Shown in pieces: positions 1 through 8,797 of a DNA stretch of 64,000 nucleotides. Source of the DNA: Waddliaceae bacterium. GTDB lineage: Bacteria; Chlamydiota; Chlamydiia; Chlamydiales; SLFE01. The stretch covers positions 15-64,014 of the forward strand of contig CAVYRW010000003.1 in the NCBI GenBank assembly GCA_963771045.1, written 5' to 3'. Numbering within the stretch: position 1 is the first letter of the stretch; every line of letters begins with the position of its first letter. Position numbers and translations under genes: made by a program. The notes under the pieces were generated by a model. The model made no database searches and was not told the DNA's origin. It saw only the letters and a program-made list of their open reading frames with translations.

Positions 1-372
1 GCTTGTTCTCGTTTTCAACTTCCTAATGAATTTTCATCATCTATAAGATTAAATCATCCACAAAGTTCCAGACAAGGTGAGCTATTGAACCAACATTTAC
101 GACAACTTGAAGAATATGGGATGAATGGATGGAAAAAATTAGCATCTGGTAGACATAGATATTATGGGGAAATTACACCAAGTAGAGTTTCGGGTGAAAT
201 GATAGGTCGTCGACGTGTACGTGAGTGGGATCCTACAACTGGATTTAAACGAACATGGCATGAGACATTAGATAGGGATATGAATATTAGAATCGTTAGG
301 CCTCAATTAGACAATAACGTTAAAATCCATTATCAATTTGATTGTAATGGTTGTTACCAAGGGAGATGGTAA
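1..372 (+). CDS. 3' end of an upstream RHS-family toxin gene (variable C-terminal tip; 5'-partial at window edge)
   Basis: Frame 1 is open from nt 1. Nt 1-39 (ACSRFQLPNEFSS) are identical to the conserved/variable junction of the RHS copies at 3659 and 10134. The sequence then diverges into a unique tip of about 110 aa ending at TAA 370-372. Confidence 0.75.
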   Translation, partial: ACSRFQLPNEFSSSIRLNHPQSSRQGELLNQHLRQLEEYGMNGWKKLASGRHRYYGEITPSRVSGEMIGRRRVREWDPTTGFKRTWHETLDRDMNIRIVRPQLDNNVKIHYQFDCNGCYQGRW

Positions 373-374
373 TT

Positions 375-639
375 TTGGAAATAAATCTTGAAGAGATAAA
401 AAATGCAATTTCTGATTTGATAAAATGGGAAAATAACTAGAGAAGAAATCACTGATTGGGCAGTATCATTGGAAAGATTAAATGACGAAATGATGTTGGA
501 TTTTGAAAATAATAAGGATAAAAAAGTAATATTAAATGCAATTTTTTTTCTTACAGCGGCAGATTTAAAGGTTAGTCCTAAAAATTATTTTCATCCAATG
601 GAAGATTTTGTTGAATATTTAAAAACATTAACTGAGTAA
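375..639 (+). pseudogene. putative cognate immunity gene, disrupted
   Basis: AT-rich small ORF begins 3 nt after the toxin stop, the usual immunity position. The frame from 375 stops at TAG 438-440 and reading continues in another frame over 439-639. No family recognised. Confidence 0.3.
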
Positions 640-734
640 AAAGATTGGAAAAGGGGCCGTGCCCCAGGACGCCTGCAAAGTCATCTCACAGCCTAGCCAT
701 CAGGGCTAATGTGTGCTTAGGTCTGCTTAGCTCG

Positions 735-1240
735 CCTGTGCTCATTGTTCTGACTGCAACAAAGACATTTTCATTGCTTTTTCCTGTAAAGGCCGGGGTA
801 TCTGTCCTTCCTGCAATACACGAACAATGGTTGAAACAGCTGCCCATCTTGTTGAAAATGTCATTCCCTCCATTCCCATCAGACAATTTGTAATCAGTTT
901 CCCTATGCGGACTAGGCATTACCTTCAAACGTACAAAATCCTCCAGACCGTTTTAAAGATTGTCGTCGATGAAATTCGAAAGAGGCTTATCATCTGCAGT
1001 CCGGATATCTCAGATCCTCAAATCGGAATCATTAGTTTCATCCAGTATTTTGGAAAGACACTAAATTTCCATTTTCATTTCCATCTTATTGTGGCTGACG
1101 GTCTCTTTAGCAAAGATGGCAGCGACCTTCTCTTTCACGAGGCCTCTTTGACTCCCGATTATATTGCGGATACCCAAGATTGCATAAGGAAAAGAGTGCT
1201 CAGGTATTTTGGGAGGAAGGGCTGGTTTGATAAGCAATGG
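735..1240 (+). mobile_element. IS91-family (rolling-circle Y2) transposase internal fragment, fused in frame to RHS core
   Basis: 'ACAHCSDCNKDIFIAFSCKGRGICPSCNTRTMVETAAHL...HFHLIVADGLF' is nearly identical to the transposase fragment at 24216-24835(-). It shows the zinc-binding plus Y2 transposase motif pattern of IS91/ISCR elements. Confidence 0.75.
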
Positions 1241-4006
1241 CGTGATGGGAATTGGATTGCTTCTGTTAAAATTTATGACTTTTGCAATCAGATTATCGAA
1301 GAGTATCGAGAAGATTCATCAGGGCGCATTTGGGGCAGGGTTCAAACAGAATATGATGAAACGGGGAATAAAATTTCGGAGATTGTCCATACCGATGAGG
1401 GACTCTCGATCACGAAAACGGAATATAACGTCCTGAATCAACCGACTAAAATTATCGATCCCTTAGGGCATGCGACGTATATCGATTACAATTTTGAGTT
1501 CCGCAATGAATTTGGGCAGCGCGTTTTGCAAAAAACGACTGTGGATCCCAAAGGAATTCAGACGGTTGAAACCTATGATGTTTTCGATCGCGTTGTTCGT
1601 GTTGAAAAGAAGGATCCATTTGGTCAGATGCTATCGAAAGTCGATAAGAGATTTGATTTTGTCGGAAATCTTATCCAAGAGGAGCAAACTGTCATTGCTC
1701 CCGGAAAAGACGACCGTACAATCACCAATCTTATGGAATACAACAGCGCAGATCAGCTGACTTGCCTGATAGAATCCGCAGGGTCCAATGATCAGAGAGT
1801 TACGCGTTACGAATACAATGATTTTGGAGAGAAAGAAAAAATTCTCAAGCCAAACGGAATTGTGCTGAAATATACTTACAATGCATTGGGGCTTGTTGAA
1901 AAACTTGAATCGCTCAACGCTCCCGAAGAAAGTGCCATTTGCTATGAATATACTTACGACAATCTCAAAAATCTCATCTCTGTCGTCGACCGGATCAATA
2001 ACTTTGAGACTGAAAGGCGATATAACGACCATTCAGAAATGATTTTTGAAAAACTGGGCAATGATCTTGAAATTTTCTATGAGAAGGATTATCTGGGAAG
2101 GACCGTTAAAACAACTTTTCCCTGTCAAAAAGAGGTTGGATATCTGTATCAAGGCGACCATCTTCTGCAGGCTGTCTACAAAACATCTCAAGATGAGTAT
2201 TACGCAAACTACCGATACGGCTTGTCAGGGAAACTCAAAAGGATTCACCAAATTGGTCTTGCGGGCCGAATCGGCATTAGCTATGATTTGATGGGGCGCG
2301 AAACTTCCCGCGATTCAAAATATTGGTTGCAAAACAACATTATTTATGATGAGACAGGTAACCTGATTTCGCGAGATGTTACCGACCAATGGGGTCTTAA
2401 CCACTGTGAGTATTCTTATGACAAGCTTGACCAGCTTGTTTCTGAAGAGGGTATGGCAACTCATACCTACACACACGATTCCATCAATAACCGCATTGTC
2501 TATGACGGCGGTGAGATTGCCATGAATGACTTAAATCAGGTTTTAACCGCAAACGGCAAAACCTATGCTTATGATCTTGCAGGTAATCTCATTTTGGACA
2601 ACGACTGCTCCTATTTATACGACGCTCTTGACCGTCTTATCACAGTCGTCAAGAATGAAGAGAAGTACCGCTACATCTACGATTCGCAAAACAGGCGAAT
2701 CGCCAAGCAGAAATATTGCAAGACCTTCGATGATTGGAATCTTGAAGCGACAACCAAATTCCTTTATCAGGATAGCTGCGAAGTGGGCAGTCTTGAAGGC
2801 GATGCGTTTACTTCTTTCCGCGCCCTTGGGGCCGGTCTCGGCGCAGAAATCGGAGCGGCCTTCGCTCTGGAGATCGAGGGAGTCGTTTATGCCCCCACTC
2901 ACAACCAATCGGGAAGTGTCGTTGCTCTAGTCGATGCTCAAACAGGCGATCTCGTTCACGCCGCCAGATACAGCGCCTTCGGACAAGTAGAAAAATCGCA
3001 TGGACTCTCTCCTCCCTACCAGTTTTCCAGCAAACGGCTTGATCCCGAAACAGGATGGATTTATTTCGGGCGCCGCTATTACGATTCCTCACTTGGGCGC
3101 TGGACCACTTGCGATCCGACAGGTTACTCCGACGGGTTTAACCTCTACGCTTATGTTCATAATAATCCGCTCACTCATTTCGATGAGTATGGTCTCTTTG
3201 ACGGGTATTGGGACCCAACGCCGGAGGAAATAGGCATGTATGATCCTCGAGCGCAATTCCAGGGGATGAAAAATGCAGCAGTTTATCCCTTTACCTGTGC
3301 TCGCGATTTTAATTTTAAGTCCTTAATCAACAATTCCATAGATGTTTTGTCTAATCCTCGGGTACAGGGATCTCTGCAAGCCTTTATAGGTGCTGCCGAG
3401 GCAAGTGCCGGAGGTTCGGCAATTTTCTGTTCAGGAGGACTTGCAGCTCCTGTTGGATGGCCCGTGTTTGCTCATGGCCTTGATCAATTTGTTGCCGGCA
3501 TGAACACTGCGATCACAGGAAGAGAAACAGCAACAATAACTGAACATCTTCTGCAAACAGCAGGAATGTCACCGCAAAGTGCATCCATCACAAATGATTT
3601 GTTAAGTGTTGTAGGTACGGTGGGAGCATCGTCTATAATTCAAGGAAGTAGGTTTCAGGCTTGTTCTCGTTTTCAACTTCCTAATGAATTTTCATCATTT
3701 ACAAATTTCGGTAAACAAAATAAAGTATTAAGGAAAAGATTTAGTCCTGATGAATTTGCAGATGGGGGGCATAGTGTTTTCAGAAAAAATCCAATAACTG
3801 GTAAGACAGAAAAATATCAAACATATTGGCCCCAATCTAATCCAAGAAATCCAAATCCTTGGGAATTGGGAGTACGATATGATGGTCCTATGCATCCGCA
3901 TCATCATTACAATAAAATTACTGAAATCAGAGTAGAAACTCCTCATATACATGATCCTTTATGTCCTGGGGGTGTTAGAGAACCATATTATTGGGAGGTA
4001 CCATGA
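827..4006 (+). CDS. chimeric ORF: IS91 transposase fragment (aa 1-137) fused to an N-terminally truncated RHS/YD-repeat toxin
   Basis: YD repeats ('YDETGN', 'YEYNDFGE', 'YTYDNLKN') are followed by the RHS core end 'RLDPETGWIYFGRRYYDSSLGRWTTCDP...NLYAYVHNNPLTHFDEYGL'. A conserved Gly/Ala-rich linker of about 190 aa comes next, then a variable tip from about 3680. There is no RHS N-terminal or signal region. Confidence 0.85.
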   Translation: MVETAAHLVENVIPSIPIRQFVISFPMRTRHYLQTYKILQTVLKIVVDEIRKRLIICSPDISDPQIGIISFIQYFGKTLNFHFHFHLIVADGLFSKDGSDLLFHEASLTPDYIADTQDCIRKRVLRYFGRKGWFDKQWRDGNWIASVKIYDFCNQIIEEYREDSSGRIWGRVQTEYDETGNKISEIVHTDEGLSITKTEYNVLNQPTKIIDPLGHATYIDYNFEFRNEFGQRVLQKTTVDPKGIQTVETYDVFDRVVRVEKKDPFGQMLSKVDKRFDFVGNLIQEEQTVIAPGKDDRTITNLMEYNSADQLTCLIESAGSNDQRVTRYEYNDFGEKEKILKPNGIVLKYTYNALGLVEKLESLNAPEESAICYEYTYDNLKNLISVVDRINNFETERRYNDHSEMIFEKLGNDLEIFYEKDYLGRTVKTTFPCQKEVGYLYQGDHLLQAVYKTSQDEYYANYRYGLSGKLKRIHQIGLAGRIGISYDLMGRETSRDSKYWLQNNIIYDETGNLISRDVTDQWGLNHCEYSYDKLDQLVSEEGMATHTYTHDSINNRIVYDGGEIAMNDLNQVLTANGKTYAYDLAGNLILDNDCSYLYDALDRLITVVKNEEKYRYIYDSQNRRIAKQKYCKTFDDWNLEATTKFLYQDSCEVGSLEGDAFTSFRALGAGLGAEIGAAFALEIEGVVYAPTHNQSGSVVALVDAQTGDLVHAARYSAFGQVEKSHGLSPPYQFSSKRLDPETGWIYFGRRYYDSSLGRWTTCDPTGYSDGFNLYAYVHNNPLTHFDEYGLFDGYWDPTPEEIGMYDPRAQFQGMKNAAVYPFTCARDFNFKSLINNSIDVLSNPRVQGSLQAFIGAAEASAGGSAIFCSGGLAAPVGWPVFAHGLDQFVAGMNTAITGRETATITEHLLQTAGMSPQSASITNDLLSVVGTVGASSIIQGSRFQACSRFQLPNEFSSFTNFGKQNKVLRKRFSPDEFADGGHSVFRKNPITGKTEKYQTYWPQSNPRNPNPWELGVRYDGPMHPHHHYNKITEIRVETPHIHDPLCPGGVREPYYWEVP

Positions 4007-4305
4007 CGAAAGATAATTATGATGCCATTTTGTGGTTGCAAGAATGGTATTACAGTAACTGTGATGGAGATTGGGAACATGATCAAAATATTCTTATAAC
4101 TACAATTGATAATCCTGGCTGGGCAATTACCATAAAACTCGATGGAACTAATTTGGAAAATAAACACTTTCCAAAAAAAATAATCGAAAATTCCGAATTT
4201 GACTGGTATTGCTGTAGAATTGAAAACACACAATTTCTTGGAGATGGTGGACCTTATAACTTAATGGACATGATAAAAGTTTTTAAGGATTGGGTAGAAA
4301 TGTGA
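4003..4305 (+). CDS. immunity protein, Imm53-like
   Basis: The ATG overlaps the RHS stop (ATGA at 4003-4006). The motif 'WYYSNCDGDWEHDQNILITTIDNPGW' matches my recollection of the Imm53 family signature. A paralogue lies at 11314. Confidence 0.7.
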   Translation: MTKDNYDAILWLQEWYYSNCDGDWEHDQNILITTIDNPGWAITIKLDGTNLENKHFPKKIIENSEFDWYCCRIENTQFLGDGGPYNLMDMIKVFKDWVEM

Positions 4306-4477
4306 AGTGAGGAAGGGGTGTGTTGCCTAATTCTCTAGGGAAAGTTCTGAGCAACATGCCAAGATTAAAATTGAGACTTGATAGGAGAAAAAAACAGGGG
4401 TAAACTCTTTTTTTTGCACAAAAGGAGGATACCCCATGAGCCACAGAGAAGGGGCCGAGAAAAGGGGCCGTGCCGTG

Positions 4478-4516
4478 GTGTGACACGAACCTCATAAGCT
4501 TTAGCTCGTGAGGGAA
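4478..4516 (+). mobile_element. group II intron 5' stub (first 39 nt), truncated by an IS66-like remnant
   Basis: 'GTGTGACACGAACCTCATAAGCTTTAGCTCGTGAGGGA' is identical to the start of the 550-nt copies. It is preceded by the same GGGGCCGTGCCGTG junction motif. Confidence 0.6.
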
Positions 4517-4919
4517 CGGTGAGATTGCAAGGGACGAACTGATCGAGAAGATCGAAATAGGCCCAAAAGAAGATTTGAAAGTCCTCCTCAAAGCTGGTGC
4601 AATTCACAAAGAATGTTGCAATAAAACGAGATCGACTTGCGCTGATTTTTTTGGACGGTTCGAGATGTTATGGGTATTTGCCTATCATGAGAATATCGAA
4701 CCGACTAACAATACAGCCGAGCAACGTCTTAGAGGCGGAGTCATTTGGAGGAAGCTATGCTTTGGCTCACAATCAGAAGAAGGTGAGCGATTTGTCGAAC
4801 GGGTGTTAACAGTTGGTATGACATTGAAGTTACGTGCTCAAAATTCGTTCGATTATTTTACCGAATGTTTTAAAGCATACATTCATGGCGGACAAGCGCC
4901 GCCGATATTTTCAAAATAG
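4517..4919 (+). pseudogene. IS66-family-like transposase C-terminal remnant
   Basis: 'IEPTNNTAEQRLRGGVIWRKLCFGSQSEEGERFVERVLTV' follows the TNNxAExxLR...RK..FG..S..G pattern of IS66-type DDE transposases. The N-terminal two-thirds is missing. Confidence 0.55.
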
Positions 4920-5019
4920 AAAACGGTTTCCTACGACACAAATTCACGAGGTAGTTCTCGGTTAACAAAACGTGTTAGAAGTTTACGACTCCCCCTGGGG
5001 GGACCCCCGTGAACAGATG

Positions 5020-5417
5020 CAAACATTATACCTAAAACGCATAAATTTGAAGCAGCTGCTGCAAAGAGCTTGTCTCACAGCGTTCCTTTTAGAATTGATG
5101 AAGGCATGGTGCAGCTTAATAAAGCCGATGCGGTGATTCGGGAAACATTTATGTATAATGGAAATTTTACAAGTAAATATGTTTTATCAGCAGATGAGGC
5201 GTTAGAAGCAGGTATGAAATACCTCGGTTCTGGATATAAAGAACTTGGAATTAGTGGTTCGGGAGTATATAAAAGTGCGGATAACCTTAGACAATTTCGA
5301 ATTGACACAAGATCTTTAATGGGGCAGCACAGCCCTTATAGATGCCATGTACATTACGAAATGTTTAACCCTGAGTTTGCAAAATCAACAAATAATCATG
5401 TGCTTTTCTATGAATAA
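5020..5417 (+). CDS. orphan polymorphic-toxin C-terminal domain (no RHS core attached)
   Basis: The frame opens just after the IS66 remnant and has no plausible start upstream of the domain. The 'LRQFRIDTRSLMGQHSPYRCHVHYE...NNHVLFYE' tip is followed by an overlapping small ORF, the layout of a toxin/immunity pair. Confidence 0.45.
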
Positions 5418-5646
5418 TCAAGCAATTAAAATCAATACAATTGGCAAAATACTGAGTGGAGGGTATACAGGTTGGTATGTTTATGTAGAAGATGATTCAG
5501 AATATACTGGTGGTTATTTAATTCACACATGTATTGATCCAGATATATATGATACTAGAGAAGGTTATGATAGTTGGGCCGAAGATTTATCGTCTGTTGA
5601 AAATTACTTTAAGGAAAGTAACTGGACAATCGAATGGTTGGAGTAA
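5410..5646 (+). CDS. putative immunity protein for the orphan toxin
   Basis: ATG 5410 overlaps the toxin 3' end (stop at 5415-5417). Small acidic 78-aa protein. The next junction motif and intron fragment follow directly. Confidence 0.45.
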   Translation: MNNQAIKINTIGKILSGGYTGWYVYVEDDSEYTGGYLIHTCIDPDIYDTREGYDSWAEDLSSVENYFKESNWTIEWLE

Positions 5647-5680
5647 AAGGGGCGTGGCCCTGTGAAGGGGCCGTGCCGTG

Positions 5681-6230
5681 GTGTGACACGAACCTCATAA
5701 GCTTTAGCTCGTGAGGGAGCTGTATGGAAGATAGGGGAAGACCCCCTGATTCGGCTTTTAGGAGCAGAATCAAACCACCTTAAGCTGCGAAGGCAAATTG
5801 CCGCACGTGGTGAGCGTTAAGGAAAAGGAGTGGAAATGACCATTTCAGGTGCATGTTAAGGAGATGAACGAAAGTGAACCACTGTCTGAAAATGTCGTAA
5901 GGCCCTTAGAAGTCGTCAAAACTGGAAGCATCACGGCAGCATCCAGGACTAAAGCTCAAGGGAAACCTGAGTACTGCTTGAGCGGCGGCCGGCATAGAGG
6001 TGGCATGAACTTAACATAGGCTTTCATATGGAACGTGTGAACTCGTCGTCGCAATGATAAGAGAGAAGCTCAAAGTGGAAGACCCACAAGAGCGAGAGTA
6101 TCGATGTGCGGCACGGGGGCGGAACGACTCGTAGTAGTGATGAAGTTTCTGTAATGGAGATGGAGCGAAGGGGTCGTAAAGGGGGCCGGTCCCTGCATTG
6201 TGAATCACTCTTGAATAAAATTTTGCCGAG
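5681..6230 (+). mobile_element. group II intron 5' fragment (domains I-III plus start of IV), ORF-less, copy B
   Basis: Starts with GTGTG. The loop 'AUCACGGCA' at 5930-5938 is closed by CUGGA/UCCAG, and its CACGGC is complementary to the 6 nt (GCCGTG) immediately upstream of 5681. A domain III-like 'ACTCGTAGTAGT' lies at 6127-6138. No domain V/VI or RT ORF is present. Confidence 0.65.
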
Positions 6231-7927
6231 TGGTCGCAAAGCAACATCACTTATGGTGAAACAGGAAACCTGATTTCGCGAGATGTTACCGACCAATGGG
6301 GTCTTAATCACTGTGAGTATTCTTATGACAAGCTTGACCAGCTTGTTTCAGAAGAGGGTATGGCAACCCATTCCTACACACACGATTCCATGAATAATCG
6401 CATTGTCTATGATGGCGGTGAGATTGTCATCAATGACTTAAATCAGGTTTTAACCGCGAACGGCAAAACTTATGCTTATGATCTTGCGGGTAATCTTATT
6501 TTGGACAACGAAAGCTCCTATTTATATGACGCTCTTGACCGCCTTATCACAGTCGTCAAGAAGGAAGAAAAGTACCGCTACATCTACGATTCGCAAAACA
6601 GGCGAATCGCCAAGCAGAAATATTGCAAGACAACTTCGATGATTGGAACCTTGAATCGACAACCAAATTCCTTTATCAGGATAGCTGCGAAGTAGGCAGT
6701 CTTGAAGGCGATGCGTTTACTTCTTTCCGCGCCCTTTGGGCCGGTCTCGGCGCAGAAATCGGAGCGGCCTTCGCTCTGGAGATCGAGGGAGTCGTTTATG
6801 CCCCCACTCACGACCAATCGGGAAGTGTCATTGCTCTAGTCGATGCTCAAACAGGCGATCTTGTTCACGCCGCCAGATACAGCGCCTTTGGGCAAGTAGA
6901 AAAATCGCATGGACTCTCTCCTCCCTACCAGTTTTCCAGCAAACGGCTTGATCCCGAAACAGGGTGGATTTATTTCGGGCGCCGCTATTACGATTCCTCA
7001 CTTGGGCGCTGGACCACTTGCGATCCGACAGGCTACTCCGACGGGTTCAACCTCTACGCTTATGTTCATAATAATCCGCTCACTCATTTCGATGAGTATG
7101 GTCTCTTTGACGGGTATTGGGATCCAACGCCCGAGGAAATAGGCATGTACGATCCCCGAGCGCAATTCCAGGGGATGAAAAATGCAGCAGTTTATCCCTT
7201 TACCTGTGCTCGCGATTTTAATTTTAAGTCCTTAATCAACAATTCTATAGATGTTTTGTCTAATCCTCGGGTACAGGGATCTCTGCAAGCCTTTATAGGT
7301 GCTGCCGAGGCAAGTGCCGGAGGTTCGGCAATTTTCTGTTCAGGAGGACTTGCAGCTCCTGTTGGATGGCCCGTGTTTGCTCATGGCCTTGATCAATTTG
7401 TTGCCGGCATGAACACTGCGATCACAGGAAGAGAAACAGCAACAATAACTGAACATCTTCTGCAAACAGCAGGAATGTCACCGCAAAGTGCATCCATCAC
7501 AAATGATTTGTTAAGTGTTGTAGGTACGGTGGGAGCATCGTCTATAATTCAAGGAAGTAGGTTTCAGGCTTGTTCTCGTTTTCAACTTTCTTCAAGCGCC
7601 TCTTTCTCTGCTAACAACAAAGTTCAACCAGTTCACCAAAATTCAATTGGATTATGGCCTTCTGCTACAAATAGTAATCGAGTTATTAATGGGATAGAAT
7701 ATACTAAGCATTCTTTAGAAAGGATGTCGCCGCGTGGATTGATACATCTAGATACTGAACTCTATAGTAGAGGTATTCCGCCTTCAATTGTTGAAAATGC
7801 AATAAATATTGGGACTAAAATCCCAGGAAACTCTCCAAATGAGATTGTACATATATATGAAAATGTCAGGGTAGTAACGAATCCAGAGGGATCAAAAGTG
7901 ATAACTGTAATAACTACAGGAAGGTAA
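6231..7927 (+). pseudogene. orphan RHS core-end/toxin cassette 2 (frameshifted core, intact tip)
   Basis: Homologous to RHS1 from 'WSQSNI'. A +2 frameshift sits at about 6628-6634. ORF 6623-7927 is intact through a unique tip from about 7590 ('INGIEYTKHSLERMSPRGL...GIPPSIVENAI'), possibly DUF4258-like or RNase-type; that family call has low confidence. Confidence 0.75.
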
Positions 7928-7929
7928 AA

Positions 7930-8220
7930 ATGAAAATGACTGATCATCAAAAACGCCTTTGGCAAAGTATGATAGATTTAATACAACAATATATTTATGG
8001 TGATACAAAAGATTTTTTTAAATTGGTTGGTCAACTAGAAGGAGCATTGGATGCTTCTGAGATAAAAGATCAAGAACTCATTGAGAATTGGTATGATTTT
8101 TGGACGCCTCTTGAAATTCGGCGTGCTGTGGAAGGCAATGAAATTAATCAGGAAAAAGCTATAAAAGAACTAAAAAAGATGAGAGATTTTCTAATTAAAG
8201 AAAAGGAAAATCATCTGTAA
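7930..8220 (+). CDS. putative immunity protein for cassette 2
   Basis: 96-aa ORF starting 3 nt after the toxin stop. AT-rich and followed by the junction motif. Confidence 0.55.
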   Translation: MKMTDHQKRLWQSMIDLIQQYIYGDTKDFFKLVGQLEGALDASEIKDQELIENWYDFWTPLEIRRAVEGNEINQEKAIKELKKMRDFLIKEKENHL

Positions 8221-8247
8221 GGGAAGAGGAAAAGGGGCCGTGCCCTG

Positions 8248-8797
8248 GTGTGACAAGAACCTCATAAGCTTTAGCTCTTGAGGGTGGTGTATGGAAGATA
8301 GGGGAAGACCCCCTGATTCGGCTTTTAGGAGCAGAATCAAACCACCTTAAACTGCGAAGGCAAATTGCCGCACGTGGTGAGCGTTAAGGAAAAGGAGTGG
8401 AAATGACCATTTCAGGTGCATGTTAAGGAGATGAACGAAAGTGAACCACCGTCTGAAAATGTCGTAAGGCCCTTAGAAGTCGTCAAAACTGGAAGCATCA
8501 CGGCAGCATCCAGGACTAAAGCTCAAGGGAAACCTGAGTACTGCTTGAGCGGCGGCCGGCATAGAGGTGGCATGAACTTAACATAGGCTTTCATATGGAA
8601 CGTGTGAACTCGTCGTCGCAATGATAAGAGAGAAGCTCAAAGTGGAAGACCCACAAGAGCGAGAGTATCGATGTGCGGCACGGGGGCGGAACGACTCGTA
8701 GTAGTGATGAAGTTTCTGTAATGGAGATGGAGCGAAGGGGTCGTAAAGGGGGCCGGTCCCTGCATTGTGAATCACTCTTGAATAAAATTTTGCCGAG
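8248..8797 (+). mobile_element. group II intron 5' fragment, copy C
   Basis: 550 nt, near-identical to 5681-6230, with the same 3' junction 'TTTTGCCGAG|TGGTCGCAAAGCAAC'. Confidence 0.65.

Noticed and set aside
2565-3233. Alternative-frame and antisense ORFs inside the conserved RHS core end (2565-3233, 6584-7142, 9039-9707, 12549-13325)
   Set aside because: They overlap the clearly coding RHS frame. Their Arg/Pro/Ser-rich translations are typical of off-frame reading, and their repetition follows the cassette duplication.
6011-6311. Minus-strand ORFs of 78-119 aa recurring at 6011-6311, 8578-8950 and 12037-12337
   Set aside because: They lie antisense inside the repeated intron fragment. 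They recur only because the DNA is repeated, show no protein-like motifs and run across the fragment/RHS junction.
5681-8247. Complete or trans-splicing group II intron with the RHS cassette as domain IV cargo or as a 3' exon
   Set aside because: Only about 27-35 nt separate each immunity stop from the next GTGTG. No domain V/VI-like helix (AGC-containing 14-bp stem with a GNRA loop) was found there or elsewhere in the window. The fragment orientation (5' half upstream of the cassette) is wrong for making the cassette a 3' exon.
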